A stretch of DNA of 59,757 bases from a virus (Duplodnaviria > Caudoviricetes), in the IMG/VR virus record IMGVR_UViG_3300033143_004977, positions 1-59,757 of that record. One strand, given 5' to 3'. The translations under genes were made by a program, and so were the position numbers. This document shows positions 9,182 to 19,395 of this stretch, piece by piece. Each line of letters starts with the position of its first letter. Position 1 is the stretch's first letter. The notes beneath the pieces were generated by a model. It was not told the origin of the DNA and ran no database searches. It saw only the letters and a list, made by a program, of their open reading frames with translations.

Positions 9182-9331
9182 ATAAACATGCAAGAAAATA
9201 AAGTATCACGATTAAAAACTTGTATACTTAATCCTGGTGGAACTAATGGTTTTACCAGAAGTGAGGTCGTGATACACCTTATTTTCCCACCAGGATTAAA
9301 TATATAAGTTTTTTAATTATTAATTGATATT

Positions 9332-10288
9332 ATGAGATATACTATTGTTATCAATCAATTTGCAATAGAACATCATAAATTGGGATTAACTATTGAAGAA
9401 GTTGTTATTCTTGATTATTTATATTGGTTATGTAAAAGTGATAATATTAAATTAATTCGATTAAATGTTGATGATTTAGTATATACGTGGTTTGATTATA
9501 ATTATTTTTTAAAACAAAATCCATTAATACATTGGAAATCAAAAGGATGTCTCACTACAAGATTATATAAATTAGAAAAAGAAGGTTTTATTAAAACAAA
9601 AATATCAGGTGATTATAGTAATCGGAAATATGTTACAACTTTGTCAAAAATAGAATTAATATACGGCAACGAACATAATAAAAAAGTGAATGAAAAAATA
9701 ATAGAAAACGAAAAATGTGAATGGTGTAATAATACAATACTGCCATTAGTAAATCATCATTTTCCTATATCATCTGCTCGACATGGTACAAAAACAGTTA
9801 AAATTTGTACAGCGTGTCATACAATATATCATAATACTGATACAACATTAACTGCAGAACAACGAAAACAATATACTGTTTCTAAAGTTAAACAGATGTT
9901 GTTTCCACCTATTCATCTAGATGAATCTATTATAATAGATAATAATAATAACAATAAGAATAATAATACTATTAATATATCTAAGACTTTACCACATAAT
10001 TCCATCTATAAATTATATCTGGAAAAAATAAATTCAAAAGCTAGACTAACTCCAGGTTCTATAAAGAAAATACAAACCAGACTTAAAGAATATTCTCCAG
10101 AAGATTTAAAAAAAGCTATTGTGAATTTTTCCAGAGATACGTGGTGGATGAAGAATAACGCGCATCGCGGAGTTGCCTGGTTTTTTCACACAGAAGACAG
10201 AATTGATCAATTTTTAAATCTTAAAGAATGTTCAAAAAAAACGAAATATTCTGAATACGACGAAGGGACTATTACTCTTAACGATTAA
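9332..10288 (+). CDS. Replication initiator (wHTH N-terminus, internal HNH-like Zn module, conserved C-terminal domain)
   Basis: Directly upstream of a DnaC-like gene; CEWC..HHFP..CTACH; Asn-rich linker; RLKEYSPEDLKKAI..W..WFF. Confidence 0.65.
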   Translation: MRYTIVINQFAIEHHKLGLTIEEVVILDYLYWLCKSDNIKLIRLNVDDLVYTWFDYNYFLKQNPLIHWKSKGCLTTRLYKLEKEGFIKTKISGDYSNRKYVTTLSKIELIYGNEHNKKVNEKIIENEKCEWCNNTILPLVNHHFPISSARHGTKTVKICTACHTIYHNTDTTLTAEQRKQYTVSKVKQMLFPPIHLDESIIIDNNNNNKNNNTINISKTLPHNSIYKLYLEKINSKARLTPGSIKKIQTRLKEYSPEDLKKAIVNFSRDTWWMKNNAHRGVAWFFHTEDRIDQFLNLKECSKKTKYSEYDEGTITLND

Positions 10289-10292
10289 ATAT

Positions 10293-10895
10293 ATGAAAAA
10301 TGAATTTGATCCTGATATTAGAAAACTGATTGAAGAAAGAATACCTGCTAGATTCGCTCATGCAAAAATATCTGAAATTAATAAACAGATCTATGATTAT
10401 TTGCTTCAAAAAAGATTTACTAAACCACATTGCAAAGGGTTGTTCTTATATGGCAAAGTTGGAGCAGGAAAAACATACACTGTTTGTGCATTAGCAAAAC
10501 AGTTGTTAGCAAATGATTATGATGTTCGTATTTTCAATTTACCCGGATTATTAAATATCATTCGAAGCAGTTTTAAAAAAGAAAATACATATGATGAGCA
10601 ACACGAACAAACGACAACTGCTTTTGTCCATGATATGAAAGATATTGAAAAACTAATCAATTTAGAAATTTTAATCATTGATGACATTGGTAAAGAAAAA
10701 CCATCTGCATGGGTTGCAGAAATTCTTTATTATTTGATTAATACTCGTTATGAGAAAATGCTAACTACTATTTTTACAAGCAATTTAAAGTTATCTGAAC
10801 TTGCTGAAAAAATAGAAGACTCTAGTCTAGTATCAAGAATAAAAGAATCGTGTGAAATATATCATATTAACACTAACGATAAAAGAATACAATGA
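10293..10895 (+). CDS. DnaC/IstB-like AAA+ helicase loader
   Basis: IPARF, GKVGAGKT, LIIDDIGKE, TIFTSN, SRIKE. Confidence 0.9.
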   Translation: MKNEFDPDIRKLIEERIPARFAHAKISEINKQIYDYLLQKRFTKPHCKGLFLYGKVGAGKTYTVCALAKQLLANDYDVRIFNLPGLLNIIRSSFKKENTYDEQHEQTTTAFVHDMKDIEKLINLEILIIDDIGKEKPSAWVAEILYYLINTRYEKMLTTIFTSNLKLSELAEKIEDSSLVSRIKESCEIYHINTNDKRIQ

Positions 10896-11266
10896 TATAC
10901 AAACTTAAACAACTAAAATGGTCATTACAACGTCTTATCCGTGGATATGGTGATGATGACCTATGGGGATTTAGTTACTTCGTAACAATGAAATTGAGAA
11001 AACCCTTTAAAGCATTTGTTAGATACCAGAAAAAACACGGTATGGGATGTCCACCTGAATTGTTTGATAGAAAGAATGAGAACGAATGTCATAAATGGAT
11101 TACTATTCTAGAAAAAATAGAACTCGCGTTTGATCTGGATTATGAAGATTGCATAGGTTCTGATAAGTATTTCAAAAAATCTATAGATCAACGTTTAAAA
11201 GATTCAAAAAAAATAAAAGAAGGATTCGAATTGTTTGGAAAGTACTATATGTCTTTTTGGGATTGA
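10892..11266 (+). CDS. Phage hypothetical protein
   Basis: ORF track; ends GFELFGKYYMSFWD. Confidence 0.65.
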   Translation: MIYKLKQLKWSLQRLIRGYGDDDLWGFSYFVTMKLRKPFKAFVRYQKKHGMGCPPELFDRKNENECHKWITILEKIELAFDLDYEDCIGSDKYFKKSIDQRLKDSKKIKEGFELFGKYYMSFWD

Positions 11267-11284
11267 TATATTTAAATACAAAAA

Positions 11285-13003
11285 ATGCCAACAAATGATG
11301 TCAAATATTATTTAGATCGCCAGGGCTGGGAATATCACACTACTGGAGATCAATATTGTGTAAAAATATGTCCATTGTGTGGAGATAATCGGTATAAATT
11401 TTATATCAATTCAAAAAATGGACTTAATGATTGTAAAATATGTGGATGGACGGGAAACTTATACCAGTTGCAAGCGAAGCTTGGTGGTCTTAATGATATT
11501 ACTTCAGTAACTGAAATGATTTCAAAAAAATTCAAACCATTGAATAATGCTCTCGTTGAAAAATGTATTGAAGATTTAAAAAATGATCCTAATGCATTAA
11601 ACTATTTAAAAGAAAGGGGATTTACAGATGAAATTATCACTCATTTTAAATTAGGAGTTGAAAATACTTGGATAACAATTCCTCATTATCAAGATGAAAA
11701 ATTATGGAATATCAAAAAAAGAAATTATATTGAGAAAGAATTTATTAGAATAGCTGGACAACCAACTATTCTTTTTAATATCGATAACATCAGAACAGAT
11801 AAACCAACGATAGTACTTGTTGAAAGTGAAACAGATACTATTGCTGCATATCAATTAGGCATAAAAAATGTTATTGGATTAACAGCAGGCGCAGAAACGT
11901 TTGCTCCAAAATGGATTCCGTTTTTCAGACAATTCAAAAAAGTGTTTGTCTGTCTGAATTCTGACATGGTTGGTCAAAAAGGAGCTTATCGTTTAGCAGA
12001 AAAAATCGGATTTGATAAATGCAGGAATGTTATTCTGCCAACAAATGATGTTAATGATTATTTGCAAGAATATACTTCTGATGATTTTTTAAACGAACTT
12101 AGCAAAGCTAAACAATTTAGTTTAAAAAGCATAACATCAATGTCTGATTATATTGATGAAATCGATATGTGGCTTGATGACGATGGAATGTTAAATGGAT
12201 TGACATTACCGTTTCCCCAGTTAAATACATTTCTTTCAGGATTGAAAAAAGAAGATCTTATTATTATTTCAGGTCCAACAGGTATTGGTAAAACAACATT
12301 TAATTTGAATATTCTATATGATCTTCTCAAAAACGATCATAGATGTCTTGGTTTTTTTCTGGAAGGGAAGTTAATGTATTATATTATGAGAATGATGTCA
12401 ATGCATACACGACTGGAATTAGATAATATGCGAAAAGATGAAGACAAATGGATGAACGTCAAAGAAGAGTTTGCAGAAATGCCTATGTTTTTTTATTCAG
12501 GTAGTCAGTCAGATTTGAATTTTCATAAGTTACGAGATTTAATGTCTGTTGCTGTTAAGTTATATGACATAGAATACGTGATGATTGATAATCTCCAGAG
12601 ATTGATTAAAAGTTCGGGTGACGTCGTTAATGAAACAAGTGCAGCTGTTGCAGAATTAAAAAGTTTAGCAACCGATTTAAAAATACCTATTGTTTTAATT
12701 AGCCACGTTCGAAAAACTGAAAGAGGCGTCAAAAGAGTGACAATGAATGATGTTAAATCAAGTTCAACTATTTCTCAAGATAGTGATATTTTTCTAATGT
12801 TATGGGATAATAAAAAACCTAGTGATGAAGAAAGTGATATTATTTTAACAATTGAAAAAAACAGAATGGGTGAAGGAGGAAAAGATATTGAAATGATTTT
12901 TGAAAAAAAGATTGCAATATTTCGAGAAAAAATAGAAGAAGTCGACAAGAAGAAAAAATCTAAAGTAGTTAGTAAAAAATTAAAAGTAATACTCGAAGAT
13001 TAG
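11285..13003 (+). CDS. Primase-helicase (Zn finger, TOPRIM, SF4 helicase; T7 gp4/Twinkle-like)
   Basis: CPLC..CKIC, VESETD, GPTGIGKT, MIDNLQ, LISH, EKNRMG. Confidence 0.9.
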   Translation: MPTNDVKYYLDRQGWEYHTTGDQYCVKICPLCGDNRYKFYINSKNGLNDCKICGWTGNLYQLQAKLGGLNDITSVTEMISKKFKPLNNALVEKCIEDLKNDPNALNYLKERGFTDEIITHFKLGVENTWITIPHYQDEKLWNIKKRNYIEKEFIRIAGQPTILFNIDNIRTDKPTIVLVESETDTIAAYQLGIKNVIGLTAGAETFAPKWIPFFRQFKKVFVCLNSDMVGQKGAYRLAEKIGFDKCRNVILPTNDVNDYLQEYTSDDFLNELSKAKQFSLKSITSMSDYIDEIDMWLDDDGMLNGLTLPFPQLNTFLSGLKKEDLIIISGPTGIGKTTFNLNILYDLLKNDHRCLGFFLEGKLMYYIMRMMSMHTRLELDNMRKDEDKWMNVKEEFAEMPMFFYSGSQSDLNFHKLRDLMSVAVKLYDIEYVMIDNLQRLIKSSGDVVNETSAAVAELKSLATDLKIPIVLISHVRKTERGVKRVTMNDVKSSSTISQDSDIFLMLWDNKKPSDEESDIILTIEKNRMGEGGKDIEMIFEKKIAIFREKIEEVDKKKKSKVVSKKLKVILED

Positions 13004-13010
13004 TTGCCTA

Positions 13011-13039
13011 TTTACAAATATTTAAAAGTATGGTATAAT
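13011..13039 (+). promoter_or_regulatory. Phage consensus promoter
   Basis: TTTACA-17 nt-TATAAT with TG. Confidence 0.8.
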
Positions 13040-13061
13040 ATAGATACAGTTAATAAACTAT

Positions 13062-14119
13062 ATGAAAAGAACAATTAAATTTACGTTAAAATCAACGAAT
13101 ACGAATAAACTTAAGAAACTTGCGGGATTGAGAAAAGAATATGTTAATGCAGTAAATTTTTATATTAAACGACTTGTTATACAAAAAAAGTATATCTTGT
13201 CAGATCAAGAAGTTAAACAATTCGAATCAAAATTGTCTTATGGTTTTAAACAATGTGCTTATAGACAAGCAGAAAAAATCTGGAAAACTTGGAGAAGAAC
13301 TTATAAAAAGAATTCTAATATACCAAAATTTAAAGGAAGTATAATTTTAGATCAGAGATTCGTAACATTTGACAAAAGTAAAAATAGTTTTGATTATTGG
13401 ATAAAAATATCCACTTTAGAAAAAGGCAAACGTGTTAGCATTCCTTTAAATAGTTATGAATATGCTAATGAATATTTTAAGAGTTGGAAATTAGTTAATG
13501 GATGTAGATTGAAAAAGATTAACAATAATTGGACATTGTATTTAACTTTTGAAAAAGAAACACCTGTTTTAAAGAAAGACGGAAAGAAATTGGGATTGAT
13601 ATTGGAATAAAAAAATTAATGACTACTTCTAATAGAAGATATTATGGCAAAAAAATTGAAAATTTATTGGATAAAATTCAAAGAAAACAACAAAGTTCGA
13701 AAACATTTGATAGAGCATTGAAAGAACGAAATGAATATATCAATCGAGTCGTTAAAGAATTACCATACAATCGATTAAAAACAATTGTTATTGAAGACAT
13801 AAAAGATCTTTTTAGAATTTCTAAAAAGAAAAGAAAATTACGAAAAATACAAAGATCAAAATATCAACGATGGGTTTATGCTTATCTATTTGAAAGAATA
13901 AAACAACTGACAGAAGCAACTGGCGTCCATGTTGTGTCAGTCAATCCAGCTTACACTTCACAAAAGTGTAGTGAGTGTGAGTTTATCCACAAGTTAAATA
14001 GGAAAGGTGAGAACTTCTTTTGTAGGAATTGTGGCTACAAATCAGATGCTGATTTTAATGCATCTAAGAATATTCTTCAATCTTATTTAACGCAGGAGCT
14101 TATTCTTCCCTGCAAGTAA
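13062..14119 (+). pseudogene. tnpB: TnpB/Cas12f-like RNA-guided nuclease split by a -1 frameshift near 13570-13590
   Basis: RuvC-I GIDIG in the -1 frame, IVIED, PAYTSQKCSEC, FFCRNCG, DADFNAS; no tnpA. Confidence 0.85.
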
Positions 14120-14236
14120 AAAAAATTACTTTTTTGTAATTTAAAGATTGTCAACACAATGGAAAGCATATTAAAATAGGAAAACTCGTACCTTAATTAT
14201 TATGCTTTTCAATTTTTATCACAATTAACATTATAT

Positions 14237-14917
14237 ATGACAAAAAACAAATTATTAATTGATGCTACATTTCTTGATAAATCTGGTAAAAAAAGAAATG
14301 TCAAAGATATTATCACTGAAGAAGAATGTTGGTTTTTACGAAGAGAAAACAAATTTATTTTAAAGCACAATGCAATTAAAAAAATAGCAGTTATTGCAGG
14401 CATAAGTAAAAACTATGATGTTGTCGAATCACCGAATATTGTTCCAACATACCAGAATGAATTAGAGCATATTGTTAGAGTTACTATACATTGCTTAGCA
14501 AAAAAAGGTAAAGGATGTGTTCATTCAAATGAAAACACATTAACAGTAACAGGTGAAGCAAATAGAATAAGTGTACCAAATAGAGGACGTGAATATTTAC
14601 GAAAAATGTCAGAAAAAAGAGCATTCGATATTGCTGTACTTGAACATTTAGATTTATACTCTGCTATTTTTTCAGAAGAAGAAGCCGAGAAATTCACGGA
14701 AAAAAAAGAACCTGCAATAATGCCAGGTACGAAAGCATTTGAAGATATTGTAACCGAGATAAACTTAATTCTTAATGCAAAGGATATAATTGCATTACGA
14801 AAAGTAGCCAAAACAATAAAAGAAAATGTAAAGAAAGAAAAATATTCTGAAGTACAAATAATATATTTACGAGAGTTATATCAGAAGGCGTATGGCCAGA
14901 AGAAAACTAATTTTTAA
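14237..14917 (+). CDS. Putative single-strand annealing/recombination protein
   Basis: TGEAN..YLRKMSEKRAFD motif; upstream of an exonuclease and SSB. Confidence 0.45.
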   Translation: MTKNKLLIDATFLDKSGKKRNVKDIITEEECWFLRRENKFILKHNAIKKIAVIAGISKNYDVVESPNIVPTYQNELEHIVRVTIHCLAKKGKGCVHSNENTLTVTGEANRISVPNRGREYLRKMSEKRAFDIAVLEHLDLYSAIFSEEEAEKFTEKKEPAIMPGTKAFEDIVTEINLILNAKDIIALRKVAKTIKENVKKEKYSEVQIIYLRELYQKAYGQKKTNF

Positions 14918-14920
14918 TAT

Positions 14921-15700
14921 ATGCAAAAACAATTATTAGAAAAATTCAGTCCGAGTATGATTCTTGACTATATGTCATGTCCTCGTTCGTTCTATTATAA
15001 TTATATAGCTCGTATTAAACTCCCGCAAAAACAAATTCATTTATTATTCGGCACATCAGTTCATGCTGCTGTTGAAAATATTTACGATAAAATAGATCCG
15101 TATGGTATTTTTGAAATGACATTCGATATTAATCGATTAGAAGAAAGTGAAAAACATATGCATGCAGAATATGTTGAATTAGGAAAAGAAATGATTAAAA
15201 ATTACGCTGCAGAACATGATACATTAAATAACTTATACAACTTAAATAATGGTAAATCTGAATTATACATAAAACGAAAGTTAACGAATCCTCTCACAGG
15301 TAAAGAAACACCAATACCAATGTCTGGCAGAATAGATCGAATGACAAATGATGGTATTATTGTAGAATATAAAACATCAAAAAACGCATGGAATCCAAAA
15401 GAAACAAAATTCAAAATTCAGACTCTTATGTATAATCTCTGGTATTATTCAGAATATCACGAAATGCCTAAGGAAACACTATATATTATTCTTTTAAAAA
15501 AATACAAAACAGATCGAAAAAACGATAAAGTTATTCAAGTATTATCAAATCATTCTACAATAAATGACATTGCAAGCATGTTTGATGAGATAGAATTAAC
15601 GTTAGAAAAAATAAATCGTAGAGAATTCCCCTTGCCCGATGGCTTTCATCCGCAATGGTGCTCCTGTAGAAAAATGAAAGAAGCTTTAAATTTTCAATAA
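14921..15700 (+). CDS. PD-(D/E)XK Cas4/RecB-like exonuclease
   Basis: SPS..CPRSF, FGTSVH, GRID, VEYKT, Q...Y, WCSC. Confidence 0.85.
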   Translation: MQKQLLEKFSPSMILDYMSCPRSFYYNYIARIKLPQKQIHLLFGTSVHAAVENIYDKIDPYGIFEMTFDINRLEESEKHMHAEYVELGKEMIKNYAAEHDTLNNLYNLNNGKSELYIKRKLTNPLTGKETPIPMSGRIDRMTNDGIIVEYKTSKNAWNPKETKFKIQTLMYNLWYYSEYHEMPKETLYIILLKKYKTDRKNDKVIQVLSNHSTINDIASMFDEIELTLEKINRREFPLPDGFHPQWCSCRKMKEALNFQ

Positions 15701-15736
15701 AGGTCGACATTAATTAATCAACTAATAACAACCAAC

Positions 15737-15928
15737 ATGACTAAAAAGAAAACTACTTCTAAAAAAAGTACTCAAGTGGTATCTTCTGTTAAAGATCTAT
15801 TCAATGGTAATCATGTGACAGCTTGGCAAGATGATGACACAGTATATCTCAGCATCCATTGGACAACTGTAGCATTTCCTAAAGAAGATTGGAAAGAAAT
15901 CAAAAAAGAATTAAAGAAAGTCAAATAA
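15737..15928 (+). CDS. Hypothetical protein
   Basis: ORF track. Confidence 0.55.
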   Translation: MTKKKTTSKKSTQVVSSVKDLFNGNHVTAWQDDDTVYLSIHWTTVAFPKEDWKEIKKELKKVK

Positions 15929-15977
15929 TTCAAAAAGATCGACAATTAATAATTAAAAAAAAGAAAGGAACAAACAT

Positions 15978-16523
15978 ATGTCAGAACGAATTAAAATTGT
16001 AAAAATTGCAGTCAAACAAAATCCTAGTAAATACAAACCAGGTGAAACATATGCAGTAGTAACAGTAATGGATGATAAGAATAGAAAACTATCAGCAATG
16101 GGTAGATGGGCAGAAAATTGGAAAGTTGGTGACGTCATTGAAGCAAACGTAGAAGAAAGAAAATGGACAGATCGAGACGGATTTGAACAAACAGGATTAT
16201 CATTAAAGAATCCAACACCATCGACATTTGGTAATAAAGGATTTACTAAAAACACTCTAATCGATGCATATCATATTGCTGCAGAATTAGCATCTGTAAT
16301 TTATGCTAGTAAGAAAAAAATCACAATGAAAGACATTGATGAATTAGCAACGTACATCAAAAGTAAATTAGATACAGGTACATCAACACCTGCCCCAACA
16401 CCTGCCCCAACACCTGCAGTACCAACAGTCGATGTTAATACTCCTGCACCTGCCCCAACACCTGTTGCATCAGAAGATGATGGTATAGAAATTGAAGACG
16501 CTGATGATGACAAACCATTCTAA
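15978..16523 (+). CDS. ssb: Single-stranded DNA-binding protein
   Basis: OB-like N-terminus, Pro/Ala/Thr linker, acidic tail EDADDDKPF. Confidence 0.7.
   Translation: MSERIKIVKIAVKQNPSKYKPGETYAVVTVMDDKNRKLSAMGRWAENWKVGDVIEANVEERKWTDRDGFEQTGLSLKNPTPSTFGNKGFTKNTLIDAYHIAAELASVIYASKKKITMKDIDELATYIKSKLDTGTSTPAPTPAPTPAVPTVDVNTPAPAPTPVASEDDGIEIEDADDDKPF
16385..16465 (+). repeat. 12-bp coding repeats (ACACCTGCCCCA; TPAP)
   Basis: Repeats visible in the SSB linker. Confidence 0.8.
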
Positions 16524-16540
16524 TCATTAACATTCATAAC

Positions 16541-16747
16541 ATGGATAAATTAAAAACGTGGTGCGAATCTATTCGATCGTCAGTAGATTCTATTACTGAA
16601 AAGATCAAAGAAGTTGAAGAAAAACACAAGATTAGTCACAAATCATATCAAACGATTCGTGTTGCTTCTAAAGAAATACGAGATGTTTCGCAAATGATTA
16701 GAAAAGAAATCTTAAAGAAATTCAAAGAGCAAAAAGAAAAGAAATAA
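16541..16747 (+). CDS. Small basic helical protein, possibly histone-H1-like (Hc1 family)
   Basis: TIRVASKEIRDVSQMIRKEI resembles the family pattern. Confidence 0.35.
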   Translation: MDKLKTWCESIRSSVDSITEKIKEVEEKHKISHKSYQTIRVASKEIRDVSQMIRKEILKKFKEQKEKK

Positions 16748-16755
16748 TAATGACA

Positions 16756-16792
16756 GCCCTCCTTAAGAGAAGTATAAACTCTTAGGGAGGGC
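16756..16792. terminator. GC-rich hairpin (terminator or processing site)
   Basis: GCCCTCCTTAAGAG/CTCTTAGGGAGGGC stem; no clear U-tract. Confidence 0.45.
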
Positions 16793-16810
16793 CACTAACA
16801 GATAAATATC

Positions 16811-17224
16811 ATGAATATATTATGTGCACAATTTTCTCAACATCGAGGACCCGACGCCACAAGCCAACACAAAATTAGTTTTACTGTTGATGAATCTCAA
16901 CAAAAAGCAATGTATGATTTTGTTAGTCATGCTAAAAAAGGCACCGAAGTAATGTTATTGATATATGTAACAGAACACGATAATGACGCAATAAATGAAT
17001 TAGTGACAGAATCTGATATTGATACAAAAAAAAGATTATCACGCCAGATGCATGCGATTATTAACACTATAGCTGCAAATAAAAACATGACACCAAGTGA
17101 AATAAAAACGATTCTTAAAGAACATTTGATTATGAAACAACTAATGAAAGAATCTTCAAAAGAATTAGATATTAAAGGTATTGCATATGCTATATATTAT
17201 TTGCAAAATAATTTTAATGCATGA
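16811..17224 (+). CDS. Hypothetical protein
   Basis: ORF track. Confidence 0.6.
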   Translation: MNILCAQFSQHRGPDATSQHKISFTVDESQQKAMYDFVSHAKKGTEVMLLIYVTEHDNDAINELVTESDIDTKKRLSRQMHAIINTIAANKNMTPSEIKTILKEHLIMKQLMKESSKELDIKGIAYAIYYLQNNFNA

Positions 17225-17562
17225 GTTTTATTACAGGTGATACAATACATTTAACTATTGCCGAACCTTTTTATAAAGCAAGAAATTTTGTAAATTGGGA
17301 TATTGAAAAATATGGTGATAGTGAAATAGGCACTTCTATTGATATTGATTTGATTACTAATATTAAAAAAATAATATTAACGATTAATTCTGATAATACA
17401 ATATTGCAAACAACTAAAGAAAAAATAAAAGAATACGTGTATGACACTCCAAACTCGTTAACTACTAAATTCAATAAAGAAGTAATAATAGTACCATTAT
17501 CAATTTTCAAAAAAGTCGATAATACAATTGAAATTGATATTAATGAAATAAATATAAAATGA
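17221..17562 (+). CDS. Hypothetical protein
   Basis: ORF track; ATGA overlaps. Confidence 0.6.
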   Translation: MSFITGDTIHLTIAEPFYKARNFVNWDIEKYGDSEIGTSIDIDLITNIKKIILTINSDNTILQTTKEKIKEYVYDTPNSLTTKFNKEVIIVPLSIFKKVDNTIEIDINEINIK

Positions 17563-18449
17563 AAAAAACAGAAATTATTTTAGGAGGAGGCATAGCTGGA
17601 TTATTGTGGCATTATTTTAATCCCAAAAGTGTTATTATTACAGACAGAATAGGGGGACAGTTTTTAACAAAATTTCAACTTGGGCCAAAATATATACATA
17701 TCGATAAATATACTACAAGATTTTTCAAAGAAATTGATCTTAAACCAAATATTAAAAAAATAAAAATAGGTTTCTTTTATGATGGTAAATTGCATTCTAA
17801 AAATACTGAAAAAAATCGTAAAAAATATTTTGAAAAGACAAGAGGAAACATAAAAGAAATATATTATTCTGCAATGTCTGCAGATAAAACAGAATTTGAT
17901 TCTTATGATATATCTATAAACAAAATCATTGAAAAAATAAAAATAGAAGATAGAGTACTTCTGGAAAAAGTAAATAATATAAATCTTGAAAATAAAAAAA
18001 TAATAACTAATTCTACTGAAATAACATTCGATAAATTAGTTTCTACTATACCTTTGAATACTTTTTTATATTTGGCAGACAGATCTAATATCACTAATCA
18101 ATTTAAATCTTATCCAACTACATTTGTTTTAAGTTCCAATTATAAAAATTGCCCTTTCAATGATTTCAAAGATTTTGATTATGTATATTTTTCAGAAGAA
18201 AAATATCCATTTCATCGTATAACGAAAACTGAAAAGGGTTTAGTATTTGAATTTAAAGGAGATGTCATATATCCTATTATCAATGAAAAAGATAGAATAA
18301 TAATGAAAGTCGGGCAATTAATTCAAAATGATCTAAATATTAATTTTGAAAATGTTAATTTTTTTGGAAGATATGGTTGCTGGAAACATAAAATTAAAAT
18401 AAATGATTTATTAAAAGAACTTTATGAAAACACTAAAAAAAATATTTAA
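17559..18449 (+). CDS. FAD-dependent oxidoreductase, UDP-galactopyranose mutase-like
   Basis: IILGGGIAGL, IGG, GPKYIH, LVSTIPL, FFGRYGCWK. Confidence 0.7.
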   Translation: MKKTEIILGGGIAGLLWHYFNPKSVIITDRIGGQFLTKFQLGPKYIHIDKYTTRFFKEIDLKPNIKKIKIGFFYDGKLHSKNTEKNRKKYFEKTRGNIKEIYYSAMSADKTEFDSYDISINKIIEKIKIEDRVLLEKVNNINLENKKIITNSTEITFDKLVSTIPLNTFLYLADRSNITNQFKSYPTTFVLSSNYKNCPFNDFKDFDYVYFSEEKYPFHRITKTEKGLVFEFKGDVIYPIINEKDRIIMKVGQLIQNDLNINFENVNFFGRYGCWKHKIKINDLLKELYENTKKNI

Positions 18450-19395
18450 AGAACAAAAAGAATTTCAAAGATTCTTTTACGATCCAGACAATATAAATGA
18501 AAAAGACAAAATAAAATTTACAAAAGAATATATTTTGTCAATACATAGAGAATTAAGTGAAGTGCTTGATACTATATCCTGGAAAATACATAGAAAAGAA
18601 GATAAAATAATTTCTGAGACTAATACGAAAGAAGAAATAATAGATTGTTTTAAATTTTTATTGAATTTATGCATTATTTGGAAAATAGATGAAGAAGAAT
18701 TTGCAAAAGAATTTTTCAGAAAATCCGCTGTAGTTAGACAACGATATAATCAAGAAATATTGAACTCTATTAAAAAGGATGATTTAATATGTGCAATAGA
18801 TTTAGATGACACTCTTTCAAATTCTTCAGAATATTTTACAAAAATTTATAATGAAAAATACAATACTATTTTTAAAAATAGAAAAGAAATAAAAGAAAAA
18901 GTACCAATATTAGAATATGAAAAATTTAAACACTATTTTAGAGAATCTGGTGAAAAAATAAATATACCAATCAAAGAGAATGCAAAAGAATTATGTGTCT
19001 TTCTTAAAAAACTTGGATATAAAATAATAATTATTTCATCCAGACCATATAAAACATATTCAAGAATTTATTCTGATACATTAGAATGGCTTAATAATAA
19101 TAATGTTCAATATGATTCATTGTATTTTGAAGAAAATAAACATCTTAAAATATTAAAGTTTTTACCTAATATGTCATTTATTATTGAAGATGATTTAAAA
19201 TATGCAATACAAATATCAGAACAAAAATATAAAGTATATTTACTGTCTTCTCTCAAAACAAACATGGAAAACATAGACACAAAATATATACATAAAATAA
19301 ACAGTTTAAATGAAATGATTAATATTTTAAAAAATGAAGAATCTTCAGGAAAAATTAAAAGAAAAACTGAACAGTTGCAACAGTTGCCCATTTGA
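18424..19395 (+). CDS. Dimeric dUTPase/MazG-like domain fused to a HAD 5'-nucleotidase-like domain
   Basis: ELSEVLD..WKIH..EEIIDCFKF; IDLDDTL, ISSR, IIEDD. Confidence 0.8.
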   Translation: MKTLKKIFKEQKEFQRFFYDPDNINEKDKIKFTKEYILSIHRELSEVLDTISWKIHRKEDKIISETNTKEEIIDCFKFLLNLCIIWKIDEEEFAKEFFRKSAVVRQRYNQEILNSIKKDDLICAIDLDDTLSNSSEYFTKIYNEKYNTIFKNRKEIKEKVPILEYEKFKHYFRESGEKINIPIKENAKELCVFLKKLGYKIIIISSRPYKTYSRIYSDTLEWLNNNNVQYDSLYFEENKHLKILKFLPNMSFIIEDDLKYAIQISEQKYKVYLLSSLKTNMENIDTKYIHKINSLNEMINILKNEESSGKIKRKTEQLQQLPI

